Assembly: GCA_963921275.4 (NCBI GenBank)
Contig: OZ001293.3
Coordinates: 3,680,001-3,744,000, forward strand
Direction of reading: 5' to 3'
Source: an uncultured Hormoscilla sp.
Lineage (GTDB): Bacteria; Cyanobacteriota; Cyanobacteriia; Cyanobacteriales; Desertifilaceae
DNA length: 64,000 nt
The position numbers and the translations under genes are program-made. This document shows positions 1 through 11,702 of the stretch, in pieces. A model generated the notes under the pieces. It was not told the origin of the DNA. It worked only from the letters and a program-made list of their open reading frames with translations, and made no database searches. Numbering within the stretch: the stretch's first letter is position 1; each line of letters opens with the position of its first letter.

Positions 1-305
1 TAGGTCGGAATAAAACGGGATAAAAATTGCCTTCTATTGAAGTTGATATCAAAAGTATAGTAGAGTCTTAAAGTCAAGCCTAGCCGAAATTTAAAACAAC
101 ATTTGCTTATGCTATAGTGAATGCAAGACAGGTAAGAGAAGCTCTGATAAATGAAAAAGGATATACTTCCGAAGAGTTTTACCTGGACAAGTCACAATTG
201 GATTCATATTAAATAGAATAGGTTACAGTTTGAAAAAAACACAAAAAACGAAACCGCTAAAAAAAATCCCGGAAACTGATGAAATATTTGCAAATGTAGC
301 AGCTG
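1..305 (+). pseudogene. ISAzo13-family transposase fragment
   Basis: Translates to ILNRIGYSLKKTQKTKPLKKIPETDEIFANV, an ISAzo13-like motif; stops upstream; cut at ~329 by an IS1182-type end (CTAGAGCGTCGGTCCAGTAG). Confidence 0.6.
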
Positions 306-496
306 TGTCACTTGACAAGTATGAGATACTAGAGCGTCGGTCCAGTAGAGGGGGTGTAACTGCTCACCGCAATAGAGACAGCTTATTGAAAATGTCGAGC
401 TGGCGATCGGCATTTCTGTTTGCTCGCGGGAGGTACATCCCGCTCAACTGTGCTCACCAGACCACGCGCAATTCTTACAGGATGTAGATTTGAACC

Positions 497-1712
497 TGGG
501 GGGGCGACATGAAGGCTAGGATGCAGACCTGATAAGGCTTACAGCCTTCTTGTCTCGTGCATAATCAAGCTTCTTTTCTGGACTTAACTTCATTAATTCA
601 TCTACAATATCGGCATAAAAATCTACCGATTCAAGCCAATCATTGCCTCTGGAACCTATATAAAATGTGCTGTGTCGTCTTTCGTTTTGCTTCTTTTACG
701 CGACCAACGTAACAAGCAACACCAGATGAATTAATTTTTTCTCCCATGATAATTGCGCTACTGTAAGCAAGAGTAATTAAGAGAATCAAAACCATTAAGC
801 GCTCGCCTGTCACTCCTGTGCTTTCAATATTGTATCCACCACTCGTCTCTAAACATTTATTCGATTCCAAATCCTTTTTCATAGACAAGTAGATGCTAAC
901 TCTAAACTCCCCAAGTTACTGAGAATAAACCAGCCTTCTTCTGCCATCCTCGATATTTTCTTTTCCATTTGCTGTTAGCCCCTTGAAATCCTTTAGTTTT
1001 GGTAATTTTTACTCCCTTAAAATATAATGACATTCCCGGAGCTAATCCTAAATCTTGTAGCTTTTTCCACGGCTTCTATCGAGATATATTCGTTCTTGCG
1101 GAGTGCAAAGTACCCGACTGCCGCCAAGTCAACATTACAAAACTCCCGGTCTCACCACTACTTTATAGTTACTAAGTAAATCTAAAACTTTAGAGATTAC
1201 TTGTTTTTGCTCTGATAAATTACTACTTCCTTTCTTGTTCAAGAGCTCAAAGTAAATTGGGATTGTTCGATTATTGAAAGCTCACCATTAATAAATTTAT
1301 ACAGCCCGCGTCCGAGATGACTTCAACAACATCTTTATTAACTAAAAATAACTGTAGCAATTTCATCAAAATTGGAAACCAGATAGTTTCTATCTTCAAA
1401 GAAGGCAATGAAATAAACCCTTGAAGCTTTTTACGGCGACTTTCAAATTTAATTGGCTGCGGAAATAAATTGGCAAGTTCTTCCAATCCTATCCAACGAT
1501 GCTCGGCGAGCAGAGAAATTAAAATTATCATGCAGGTAATATTGAGAGCCTGTGAAGTGTTTTTTGAGGTGCTCTTGGTATAATTCAGGTAATAATTTCA
1601 TAATTTTCATCTATGATGAACTTGACTATGATAGCAGGTCCATCTTTTGAGGTCAAGTTTGTCTCAATCCCTTATCCTGTAAGGCTTTCAGCAGGCATGT
1701 CGCTCCCCCAGG
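497..1712 (-). mobile_element. IS4-family element, degraded transposase
   Basis: Inverted ends CTGGGGGGGCGACATG / CATGTCGCTCCCCCAG; fragmented ORFs 1271-1531 (LFPQPIKFESRRKKLQ) and 640-888 (GGYNIESTGV). Confidence 0.7.
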
Positions 1713-1913
1713 ATTTGAGCTCAAAAGACTATTGCACAACTACCGCTCAAGCATAGGAAGTGATTTCAGCGGTCGCGCATCTCCACTGCCGATTGGCCTG
1801 ATAGGCCAAATCGTGGGAACCATTTACTCATAAGCGTTGAGCGCCATAATGTCCATTTTGTCAAGATGTAATTGAAATCCTGAACAGCTTATTTTTGCTC
1901 CAGAGGATGTATA

Positions 1914-3637
1914 CTAGAGCGTCGGTCCAGTAGAAGGGCTTGACAAATAAATCAAAATCTGGTACGAGTCAACCAAGTCTTAAAATTCATACAGTTTTCT
2001 CTTGAGTTGTTGCTGACATCCGTAGCCATTACATGAAGATTATGTACAACAGCCATCCGCCGTAAATCAAAAAGGTTCTTACGAATTCCCAGATAACGCG
2101 CGCGCTCACCCTGCCACTGACCGATGTGAGCTAGGCGATGTTCTACTGTTACTCCAAGAAAGTAGTTTTGAGCGACCTGATGGTGTTTTTTGACCTTCAC
2201 GTAATTCTTCCAATAGAGACTCATCCGGATGAATAGAAACCGTGCGACCTTTGCGGTTAGTAGTGCATTGAGAACGTCAGGGACAAATCTCACACTTATC
2301 GCGAGGAAACTAAACCATTTTTCCTTCCTGAAAAGACACCGATACTCCATTAGGACAGCGAATTAATTGTTTTTTCCAGTCGAGAACAAAAGCTTTTTTC
2401 TCAAATTTTTCCCCGTACCCGCCAAGCCTTGCAAATTATTTTTAAATTATCGTCGCGTTCTTTAACAAAATTACTATTAAGATATCCTCGAGCTATATGT
2501 AATTCTTCTAATGTCACTTGTTGAGCTTCTAAATCTGAGGCTATAGCTTCTGTAACCTGAGATTCAAGTACATTTGCTGGTGTCACGCTCGCACTAAGAG
2601 TCTAAGTCCTTAAGAATATGACGTTTGTAACCATCAAACCGTTTACTACGACTTTTTCGTCCATGACGTTCGTCTTCAATTGCAATGCGCCGATCTTTAG
2701 CCACGCCCTTACGGAGCTTTGGGTCGCCGTTTTCTGTTACCTCCACCTCTTGCGCTTCAAGTTGTCTTGCTGCTTTCAGACTTTTGTTGACAGCATTCAT
2801 AGTTGGGTCATCCAAGCGCTCTTGTTGTGCAACCCACAACTCAACTTCATTAAGGGTTTGAAGAATCGTCTTTAAAGCTTCTGTTCTCGCTTGTGGAGCA
2901 TCCCAATCCTTATCTAATGCTGCTTTGAGACTATATTCAGCCATAAGAGCAGCTCCTGCTTGTGAGGCGAGCGCCTCATACTCTTGCTGCTGCTGATGGG
3001 CAATTAATTCTCATGCTTTTCGTAAGGCATGACCCAATAGATTGTAGGTATCTTCGACTCTTGCTGCTCCCCACAAAGGACTTGAATCTAATGCTGCTCT
3101 CAGGGTTCGCGAACTGAATCCCTCTTTTTGTTCGACCATTTCTATTGTGCGTTCTACTAAACGGAGATCGCCTTCGGATGCAATCAATGCAGCACGAAAT
3201 CTGACAAGTGTTCCTTTGCCAAATGGTGCGCGCTCGCAGTCTAGGCAGTCCAACAGCAGTTGCCACCGCCTGTCCATAATCAGAGCTTCTATGACTTCAT
3301 CATCTGAAACTCCCGTGTAAGCTTGTAAAATGATAGCTAAGGCTAGTTGAGCCGGTGGTACTGGACAAAAGCCAACTGTGCTATCCTTATAAATGGTCGC
3401 TAGTTCTTAAAGGAAGCTGTTCTGAAAATAATTCATGACGGTTCTATCTTAAAAGTAGGAAGAGTTTAGCTTTTCGGATCCGTTTGGCCACTTGTTGCTC
3501 GGCGCTTGAAAGTTCAATTGGGGGATTCCAGAGGACTGGACGCATATGTGGACTCCTGGAGACAGATTTACATGTTTTTTTATTATCAGCACATTTTCTT
3601 CTTTTTGTCAACCCCCTCTACTGGACCGACGCTCTAG
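1914..3637 (-). mobile_element. IS1182-like element, frameshifted transposase
   Basis: TIRs CTAGAGCGTCGGTCCAGTAG at both ends; fragments LRAALDSSPLWGAARVEDTYNLLGHA, RHGRKSRSKRFDGYKRH, VEHRLAHIGQWQG. Confidence 0.75.
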
Positions 3638-5024
3638 CTTGTATGACATATACTGCTGCATCACAGACCAGGCCACTGATAGAAGCCGTCGAACCTGACC
3701 AGATGGCGAAATATGTGCTGCTGGTCTCCTGGATGATTAAGCAGCAGCAACTCCTCAAACAACAGCAGGACCGTCTAGAGAAGCAACAAAGGGAACTGGA
3801 TGCTCTCAAGGAGGAAAACGCACAACTCTCCGATGAGCTGAACAAACTGAAAAAGCGCTCATCTCAAAACAGTTCTGTCCCCCCCTCACAAGACCTGATT
3901 AACTGAACAGTGCAAAGTTATAGCTGGGATTGCGCAGACTAAAGTTAACAGACAAGCCTCTCGGTCAAAGCACCCCGTTGTTGCCGCCGATAGCGCTGCC
4001 AGTGGCCGGTGCCCCCAAGAAAATCCAACAAGTCGTAGAGCTGATAGAGCAGCCGGTTGAAATCCGGGAATATCAACGAGGACTATGCCAATGCCAGTCA
4101 TGTGGGTGGTCTGGATATGCTCCCTTGCCGTGGGGTATAAAGGAAGGTTTTATCTATGGAGGCCGGCTTAGTAGCGTTGTGGGCTGGCTGGGGTACGGTA
4201 GCAACCTGACATGGCGTAAACAAGAGTATTTTGTAGAACACGTCTTGGGTGTACCAATTTCCCAAGGTAGTTTGGCGAAGATGCACCAGTGGTTTACAGA
4301 AAGCTTGGAGCCTTGTTATCAACAGTGGTTAGCCTATGTGCAACACAAACCAGCGGTGCGGTGTGTGGATGAGACCACTTATTGCATTGATGGGATCAAG
4401 TATTGGCTATGGGTGGCTACCAGTGACAAAATATGCGTGTTGCTTTTGGCTCCAACACGTAGTAGCGCTGAACTGAAGCAGTTACTTGGAGAAAACTTTT
4501 CGGGAATTCTCACAAGTGATTGTTTTAGTGCCTATGGTCCACAGGTAGCAGCAGCGAAACAGAAATGCTTGGCCCATTTAGAACGGGACTTGGAAGCGCT
4601 ATTAACCAGTCGCTTTGCTGCCAATGTTGATTTTGCACAGAAAGTCAAGGAAGTTTTAACGACAGCTAGAAAAGCGTATCAGGACTATCACACATGTGTA
4701 TCTACTCTTGAACAACTCGGACGAACACGTCCAAGAGTAGAAGCTCAACTACAAGCAATTTTGGAAAACCCTCCAGTTTCCGGATGGCCTGCCGACGCCC
4801 AAAGACTTGTCAATAGACTCAAGCGTCATTGGAATGAATGGTTCACTTTTTTAACTTTACCAGACGTTAAACCTGATAATAATGATGCTGAACGAGCTTT
4901 GCGTTCGGTAGTAGTACATCGCCAAGTCAGCGGTGGCGCCAGAAGTGATTGGGGAGCCAAGTTAGTCGCTCAAATGTTTAGCTTTTTAGAGACTATGCGA
5001 TTGCAAGGAGCATCACCGATAGCC

Positions 5025-6272
5025 GAGTGTAATGGTCAGTGACAGTTTGGCCTTATCAACCGGTGCCTGACAGAGTGAGGGAAATATCAGGGAGTCAAGT
5101 CAGTCTCGGACCAGCAGGACGCCACGGAAAGACCGGTGACAGATAAATTCATCCCGTGATGACCTCCTGGTGAATGGGACAAATCAAATGGATAATAAAA
5201 ACTGGATTTTTTTTCCACAATAGTCCGGACAGTTTTCATGTCATTGGGTGAAACCGGAATTCAACCGTCTGTGATGGGGACCATCTGGTGAGGGAGAAAT
5301 CCACATTCAAATGGGTGTCACTAAAAAAATGTCCTCTCGTTAGTTTACCATTATGTTATATAATTTTCCCTCGCAAGCCGGAGGGTACTTGTGCAACCCT
5401 TGATAAAACCCTGACTGGGTAAGGGTTTCATCTCTGGCCTATGTAACCACTTAGGATTTAGAGGTTGTTTGAAAAGTCAGAGTTGCTACTTTGACCAGAC
5501 TTAGATTCAAGGCAAGAATCAGGCTTTCAGCAACTCAGTCTGTCGCGGTACCAAAAAGTACTTTTACTTAGACTAGCCTCATTGCACAGTTGTTGTTCCT
5601 TTAGCCCTTGAGCAGATAATGACGGAATTGATGAACCCTGAAGAAAAGAAAAACCCTTGCAATGCTTGAACAGCTCCCACAAGCTCATGCAATTAATTTT
5701 GTCCTATTACTTATTGAGGTGATCGTCCCTGGTGCCGAACTGGCTGCCTGCCCCTCCGAGGTACTATTAGGGATCTAACCCACTTTCCGCACGACAAGTT
5801 GTAAGATATTATGTAATACGTAATTTATCGGTCAGATTACTATTGCACGACTTTTTGTAATAGGTACTATATCTGAGAATTTAGCAAATGGGACGTATAT
5901 GTATTTATACGGATATGAGTTGTTAACTTCGTAAAATCACAATGGGTTTGTCATCATTACGTAATAGGTTTTGTCCTGGGGAATGTAGGATCTAAAATTA
6001 ATGCGAGAGCAACTTTCAAGTGGGAGCTCGATGGCAATATTGCACTTATGCAAGTCCATGTACTTACTGCGCAACAGTGAGTACATCAATTCTTCCGATG
6101 GCCATTGACTTGTTCCATTCACCACGCAGCTATCACTGGATGAAGAGATTTGTCACCGGTTATAAAGTGAAGTCTTGCCGGTTCGAGACTGACTTGACTC
6201 CCTAGATCTAAATTTCACTCGCTCTGTCAGGCACCGATTGATAAGACCCAAGTGTCACTGACCATTACACCC
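5025..6272. mobile_element. Non-autonomous element with ~170-bp imperfect terminal inverted repeats and 9-bp TSD
   Basis: CCGATAGCC duplicated at 5016-5024 and 6273-6281; 5025-~5195 is an imperfect inverted copy of ~6100-6272; no transposase ORF seen. Confidence 0.75.
5779..5989. mobile_element. ~210-bp MITE, copy 1
   Basis: Left end CCCACTTTCCGCACGACAA, degenerate inverted right end; ATCTAA duplicated on both sides; 4 copies in window. Confidence 0.8.
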
Positions 6273-6301
6273 CCGATAGCCAGTCTCTGTGAACTTTTGT
6301 C

Positions 6302-6413
6302 GGCGTTGCACAATAACGGGATGATGAGTATAGTTGCAATAGTTTTAAACCTAGACTACAAGCGACTTTCAGTTATGTGCAAAAAGAGTATCATCCCCAA
6401 AATGTGCAACGCC
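6302..6413. mobile_element. Mini IS1-derived MITE (112 bp)
   Basis: Ends GGCGTTGCACA / TGTGCAACGCC as in the IS1 at 43477; 8-bp TSD CTTTTGTC. Confidence 0.8.
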
Positions 6414-6999
6414 CTTTTGTCTTTGGCTGGTCGCGGTCCACCACCGATTGCAATTGACTTAAAACTTCTCGGGCTTGAAATAATTTCGTTTTCTTCAAGC
6501 CCTACTTTTTGCGAGTCGCGGTCCGCGACCGATTGCAAAAACTTTCTCGGGCTTGGGATATCTTTCTGCCTTGTTCTATTCAAGCCCCAGTTTTTGCTGG
6601 TCGTGGATTGTCACCAATGGCAATCTATTTAATACCTTAGAGGACTTGTAATTTATCTCTTTTTTCCTTTCGCAACAAGCCCTAATTGTTGCTGTGAGTA
6701 GTTACCAATAATTGAACTATTTAAATAGCTGATAACTCAGATAATTTATTCTAATATATTGATAGTCAAAATGTTATATTGTCCTCTTAAAAAAAGCCGA
6801 TTAAGAGAAGGTTTGAATATCGTGTCACTACATATTTATTACTACCCCTTGCTCTTTCTACTTTAACTCAATTTTCTTGTTTTGGGGCAGATTTTCTTGA
6901 TTTTTTCTGATTATAAATACTCAAATTTTGCACCTGTACTACACTTGTGGCCAGTTTGTGTATTGCGGATATACTACAATCTGTCGTGCGGAATGTGGG

Positions 7000-7610
7000 T
7001 TTGAATATGAACGGCCGATGTCACGGCATACAAGCGTTGATAGCCAGTTTTGAGGTAGCGACGGGCAAGGTAATCTGTCCGTCAGTGGGACCTACCCGCA
7101 CTGAAGAAGATTTTGCAGCGCAGATCCGCGCTACTGTAGAAACAGACCCCCAAGGTCAATGGGTATTCATTTGCGACCAATTGAATACCCGACGCCCACA
7201 AATCCGAAACCCTGGTTAAGATTGTTGCTCAGTTGTGCGGCATTGAAGATGAATTAGGTTTGAAGGGAAAATCCGGCATTCTTCAAAACATGGCGAACCG
7301 TGCGACTTTTTTGCAGAATCAAAGCCATCGTATCCGCTTTGTTTATACCCCCAAATATTGCTCATGGCTAAACCAGGTGGAAATGTGGTTTGGCATAAGA
7401 ACTCGCCGGTTGCTCAAAAGCGGCAACTTCACGTCGATGTCTCCTGGGTAGTGCTTTTAGCGCTCGGCGTCTCTCGGGAGCGCTAAAAGCACTCCCGAGA
7501 GACGCCGAGCCCCAGGAGACATCGAAGCTTGAAGAACTCAAACGTCGTATTCTCGCATTCATTGAGTTCTTTAATCATACCTTGGCCAAACCGTTTCGTT
7601 AGACTTATAT
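7000..7610 (+). pseudogene. IS630-family transposase fragment
   Basis: FICDQLNT, RIRFVYTPKYCSWLNQVEMWF motifs; interrupted by a hairpin nest at 7434-7525. Confidence 0.8.
7434..7525. repeat. Two-level nested hairpin element
   Basis: Outer arms TCGATGTCTCCTGGG/CCCAGGAGACATCGA with loop TAGTGCTTTTAGCGCT; inner arms CGGCGTCTCTCGGG/CCCGAGAGACGCCG with the loop inverted (AGCGCTAAAAGCACT). Confidence 0.9.
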
Positions 7611-7817
7611 CCCACTTTCTGCACTACAATTTTAGTATATATACTACACAATTTATCAACTAGATTACTATTGTGCTACTTTTTGTAATCCGTACTAGCT
7701 CTGATAATTTAAGAAACAGGAAGTATATTTATTTATACGAATATGAACTTTTCGGTTCGTAAAATCACAAGCTATTTGTCATCATTACGTCAAACATTTG
7801 TCCGTGCGGAATGTAGG
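7611..7817. mobile_element. ~210-bp MITE, copy 2
   Basis: Similar to 5779-5989 and 39595-39805; flanks TTATAT/TTCTAT. Confidence 0.75.
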
Positions 7818-7863
7818 TTCTATCGGTAAGCCGTTGCTGATCTAAGTTAAGCTGTGATGCATT

Positions 7864-8932
7864 TATAGCATTTCTCAGAGTTATGAGGTAGAATATAGTA
7901 AGCCTTGCAGGAGTCTGGCAGCGATTTTTGCTCAAACCATTACCCTGCAAGGGTTTGAGCCGCAGGTGCTCGGGAGAGCGATATTTGCACAAATGATGCC
8001 CGGCTCGCTATAATAAAAGTAAGTTCAAAAAGAAGTGTTAGGAAAGCGATGAAACCATATTCAATAGACTTTAGACAAAAACTAATAGAAGTTTACGAAC
8101 AGGAAAAGACATCTATTCGTAAATTAGCTCAAGGTTTTCGGCCAAGAGTTTTATTCAAAACTTTATTAAGCAATATAAAGAAACAGGCGATATTAGACCC
8201 AAACGTCGGTAGTCCACCGACTAAGTTGAATAGTGAGCAATTAGTTAGTTTAGTAGAAATTATGGAGACTAATAATAATGCAACGCTTGAAGAGTTATGT
8301 GAATTGCTTTATGAAAAAACGTGGGCGAAAATGGGAATAATTACTCAAAAATTAAACTCAAAAAAAAACTTTGCACAGAAAAAGAACGATATACTTGAAA
8401 AAAGAGTAAAATATGGGGAGACATTAACCCTAAAGACTTATTATTTGTGGATGAATGTAAATTTAGCACTGGATGTATGGTAGAAGTTTAAAAGGAGAAA
8501 GGGTCAGAGAGAGTAAACCTCAAAAAAGAGGAAAAAATGTTTCATTAATTGGTGCTTTGTCATTAGAAAAAGTAGTAGCTATAAGATAATTTTACGGCGA
8601 TAACTTTTGAAGCTTTTATAGTAATAGATTTAGTACCGCAGGAAAAATGCTGTGTAGTCATGGATAATGCTAAAATTCATCAAGATAAAATGGTTCGAGA
8701 AGCTATTGAAAAAGTAGGCGCCAAATTAATTTATTTATCTCCTTATTCTCCTTTTCTCCAATTGAAAACTTTTGGTCTAAAGTTAAAGCTTTTTTAAGGA
8801 AAGTTAAAGCAAGAACCTATAAAGATTTAATCGAGGCAATTGCAGATGCTATTCTACAGGTAAGTCAGCCAGGTATTCACAATTGGTTTGCTCACTGCTG
8901 TTACTGTACCTCATGACTATGAGAAACGCTAT
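7864..8932 (+). mobile_element. IS630-family element, degraded
   Basis: Ends TATAGCATTTCTCAG...GAGGTA / TACCTC...GAGAAACGCTATA; MKPYSIDFRQK start, VVMDNAKIH and IENFWSKVK motifs with frameshifts. Confidence 0.8.
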
Positions 8933-9221
8933 AAATTGCATAGTCCAAAATGGGGCAGGCTGGGTGGCGAGCGCCGCTTATGGGTAGAGGGTTCCCAAGA
9001 TTTTATCGGCAGCCCGAATATGCAGTTTAGAGGCGCGACAGCTTATCGGTGTTATTTGCGGTGTGGTGTACTAGTAGATGAAACTCGATACGAGTTAAGA
9101 CGACGAGTGATGATAATGGTAAATCTTGAGAGAGCCTGATTCATTCTTGAGATGCTCCCATAAATTCCCCCATCTTGATGGTAGATTCTGTAATCTTATT
9201 AATTGCTGTCTCATCTGCTAC

Positions 9222-10112
9222 CTACTTTCCCTCATCTAACAGATACTCCAGAAAAGTCTCAGCCACCACAGACAGCTGTTTGCCACTGGGATAAACCACA
9301 TGCCAATAACGTTCGATCGGAAAACCTTCTACATCCAGGATAGTCAGCCTACCAGTACCACATTGCAAGGCTAGGGTATGCTTCGATAATACTGATATTC
9401 CCAAACCACCCACGATCGCCTGTTTGATCGCCTCATTACTCCCCAACTCCAGCCTCACCTTGACAGAAACATTATGCTCGCGGAATAATTTTTCCACTGC
9501 CCTGCGTGTACCCGATCCTGGTTCTCGCATGATAAACGGTGAGTCCCTCAGACGTTCTAGGGGAATATTTTTTTCCTCTGCTAGGGGATGATTTCCGTCT
9601 GCCAACACCACCAAAGGATTTTCCAAGAATTTGTGACTCACTAGGTCAGTATTTTCCGGGACTTGACTGAGAATATACAGATCGTCTAAATTATCATTCA
9701 TTCGGGACCGCAGACCGTCATGGTTAGTTACCTGCAAGGACACGTCAATACCGGGGTAACGCTGACAAAACGGTCCTAACAAACGCGGCACAAAGTATTT
9801 CGCCGTGGTAATCACCGTTAGTCGCAATTGTCCCTGCTTTAGACCTTTGAGATCCGCCACCGCCATCTCCAACTGGGATAACCTGTCGAAAATATCCCGG
9901 CAGGCGGCAAACAGTTCTTCACCGGCGTTTGTCAGAAACAGGCGTTTACCGACTTGCTCGAACAGCGGCAAACCCACGGTTTTGGTCAACTGCTTCACCT
10001 GCATGGAGATGGTGGGTTGGGTTAAATACAGTTCCTCGGCAGCCCGGGTGAAACTGCCGTGGCGTGCTGCGGCCTCAAATACTTTTAACTGGTGGAGTGT
10101 TGCCTGCTTCAA
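9222..10112 (-). CDS. CbbR-type LysR transcriptional regulator (NdhR/CcmR/CmpR-like)
   Basis: HTH ATLHQLKVFEAAARHGSFTRAAEEL, REPGSGTR, LGSNEAIKQA; adjacent to CO2-uptake genes. Confidence 0.9.
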   Translation of the reverse strand: MKQATLHQLKVFEAAARHGSFTRAAEELYLTQPTISMQVKQLTKTVGLPLFEQVGKRLFLTNAGEELFAACRDIFDRLSQLEMAVADLKGLKQGQLRLTVITTAKYFVPRLLGPFCQRYPGIDVSLQVTNHDGLRSRMNDNLDDLYILSQVPENTDLVSHKFLENPLVVLADGNHPLAEEKNIPLERLRDSPFIMREPGSGTRRAVEKLFREHNVSVKVRLELGSNEAIKQAIVGGLGISVLSKHTLALQCGTGRLTILDVEGFPIERYWHVVYPSGKQLSVVAETFLEYLLDEGK

Positions 10113-10367
10113 GTTCCCTTCTCCTCAAAGGAGCCTTAACTATATATATTACTCTATCATATTTTCCCTCAATAAGCATTTTATTTATCGAAAATCCTTC
10201 CTGAATTCCGTTGGACTACAAATGTAGAGAGATGGCCCACCAGATACACGGCTACGCCTGCGCTACCGGTAGTGATAACGGCACAAGTTGTGTAAGTACT
10301 CAATAGTAAAATCTATGCATTTAATAATCTTTACTCTATGCTCTCCAGGATCTTTACTCAGTTGCTG

Positions 10368-10517
10368 TGGACATATTCACTCTTTTGCCCAGAAACCAGG
10401 TATATGAGAAAAACCTGGTTTCTTAATTCTTGCTATTAACTATGGACATATTCACTCTTTTGCCCAGAAACCAGGTATATGGGAAAAACCTGGTTTCTTA
10501 ATTCTTGCTATTAACTA
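10368..10517. repeat. 75-bp tandem duplication containing the hairpin AGAAACCAGG...CCTGGTTTCT
   Basis: Two near-identical units starting at 10368 and 10443 downstream of cupB; related motif at 62065-62100 and 62290-62327. Confidence 0.85.
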
Positions 10518-10535
10518 TCAACTATTCGGATGTAG

Positions 10536-11702
10536 CTAGCTGTTGACTATCTGCAAGCGAGAGGTGATAAAGCGATCCATCCAATTTTCCAGGTAAACTC
10601 GGTTTGCTTGCTGTTGTTGGGGATCTTCTGTATCCAGGGGATAAGGTGCCAGTCCTTTGATCCCTGCTGTGGTTACGCAAAACATTGATTTCTGGAAACT
10701 CTGGCAAATCTTTACTCGCAAATCATTTTCTCCCCTACCCGATCGCCGATAAAACTCCTGTAGATATTCTGGCAGATAATGGCGCATATCCTGCATCAGC
10801 AATGTCGGAGGAATGCCTGCACCTCCGATCGGCAAGGGATCGGCATATAAAGCACCATAGCCAAATTCGGCTTGATTTTGAGGAATTTGTTGAGCTTGAG
10901 CGTTGTAAGAAACTGTACCCAAGAAAGGTGTTCCTCGGAAGAATATCGTATCCACATAGGGGACTGCTACATCTGGCAGAAATGTCATCCCTGCGGCTTT
11001 GGGAATGATATCATAATCGTCACCCTTAATCGTCACTGTGTAGGTAATTGGTTTTGCCGCATCTGCCACTAAACCTGCTAGGATATGCTGTACTACTTCC
11101 GGGATTGACTTTATTTCTCCTCGGTCATAGCGATCGGACAGTGATATAAATATATCGCTCATTACCCGCCAGAACTGACCCAAGGCACTATAATATACCA
11201 TCTGCCGTACCTGTTCTAGCTGAAATTCGGGAAATAGCTTGTGCAGTCCCAGCATCAACCAATTTCCCTTAAATTTAGCCTCGATCGCTAATGCTGCTGC
11301 TCGGGTAAATTCCGGGCTATCTAGGTACTCATCCAGGGCCCCACCGCCGTGCCATAGCATTACTCGCATCACGTACTCGGCATACTCGTAGTTAATCCGA
11401 TCGTGCCACCAATGGCGCAGCAACTTTTTGAATGATATGTCCCCGTCGCAGTATTTGAAGAAGGGAAACAAGGCTAAAAATTGATTTTGGGCAATGTATA
11501 TCAGGTTATTGGAGTAGGCGTCCAGCACGACGCCGTAGCTATAAAGAATTCCCACTACTTCCAATACATTATCTGGCGAATCTGACAGTAAATTGCCACC
11601 CGCTTCCATAATGTTAATATAGGCTGCCAGGGGATGTTTTGATGGTTGAATGTTTTTTGTCATTTCCCTGATTTGACGATCGACGGGGTTAGAGATTGGC
11701 AA
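10536..11702 (-). CDS. cupB: CO2 hydration protein CupB/ChpX (start may be ~11663)
   Basis: HWWHDRINYEYAEY, GIPPTLLMQDMRHYLP, SFQKSMFCVT; length fits CupB rather than CupA; follows ndhD4. Confidence 0.88.
   Translation of the reverse strand: MPISNPVDRQIREMTKNIQPSKHPLAAYINIMEAGGNLLSDSPDNVLEVVGILYSYGVVLDAYSNNLIYIAQNQFLALFPFFKYCDGDISFKKLLRHWWHDRINYEYAEYVMRVMLWHGGGALDEYLDSPEFTRAAALAIEAKFKGNWLMLGLHKLFPEFQLEQVRQMVYYSALGQFWRVMSDIFISLSDRYDRGEIKSIPEVVQHILAGLVADAAKPITYTVTIKGDDYDIIPKAAGMTFLPDVAVPYVDTIFFRGTPFLGTVSYNAQAQQIPQNQAEFGYGALYADPLPIGGAGIPPTLLMQDMRHYLPEYLQEFYRRSGRGENDLRVKICQSFQKSMFCVTTAGIKGLAPYPLDTEDPQQQQANRVYLENWMDRFITSRLQIVNS

Larger units (their letters stand above)
3642..6445 (+). mobile_element. 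IS66-family transposase pseudogene with nested insertions
   Basis: Coiled-coil N-terminus ending SQNSSVPPS; VDETT, LTSDCFSAY, PDNNDAERALR motifs (ORF 3930-5042); C-terminus (SLCELLSLAGRGPP) resumes after insertions at 5025-6272 and 6302-6413. Confidence 0.85.
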
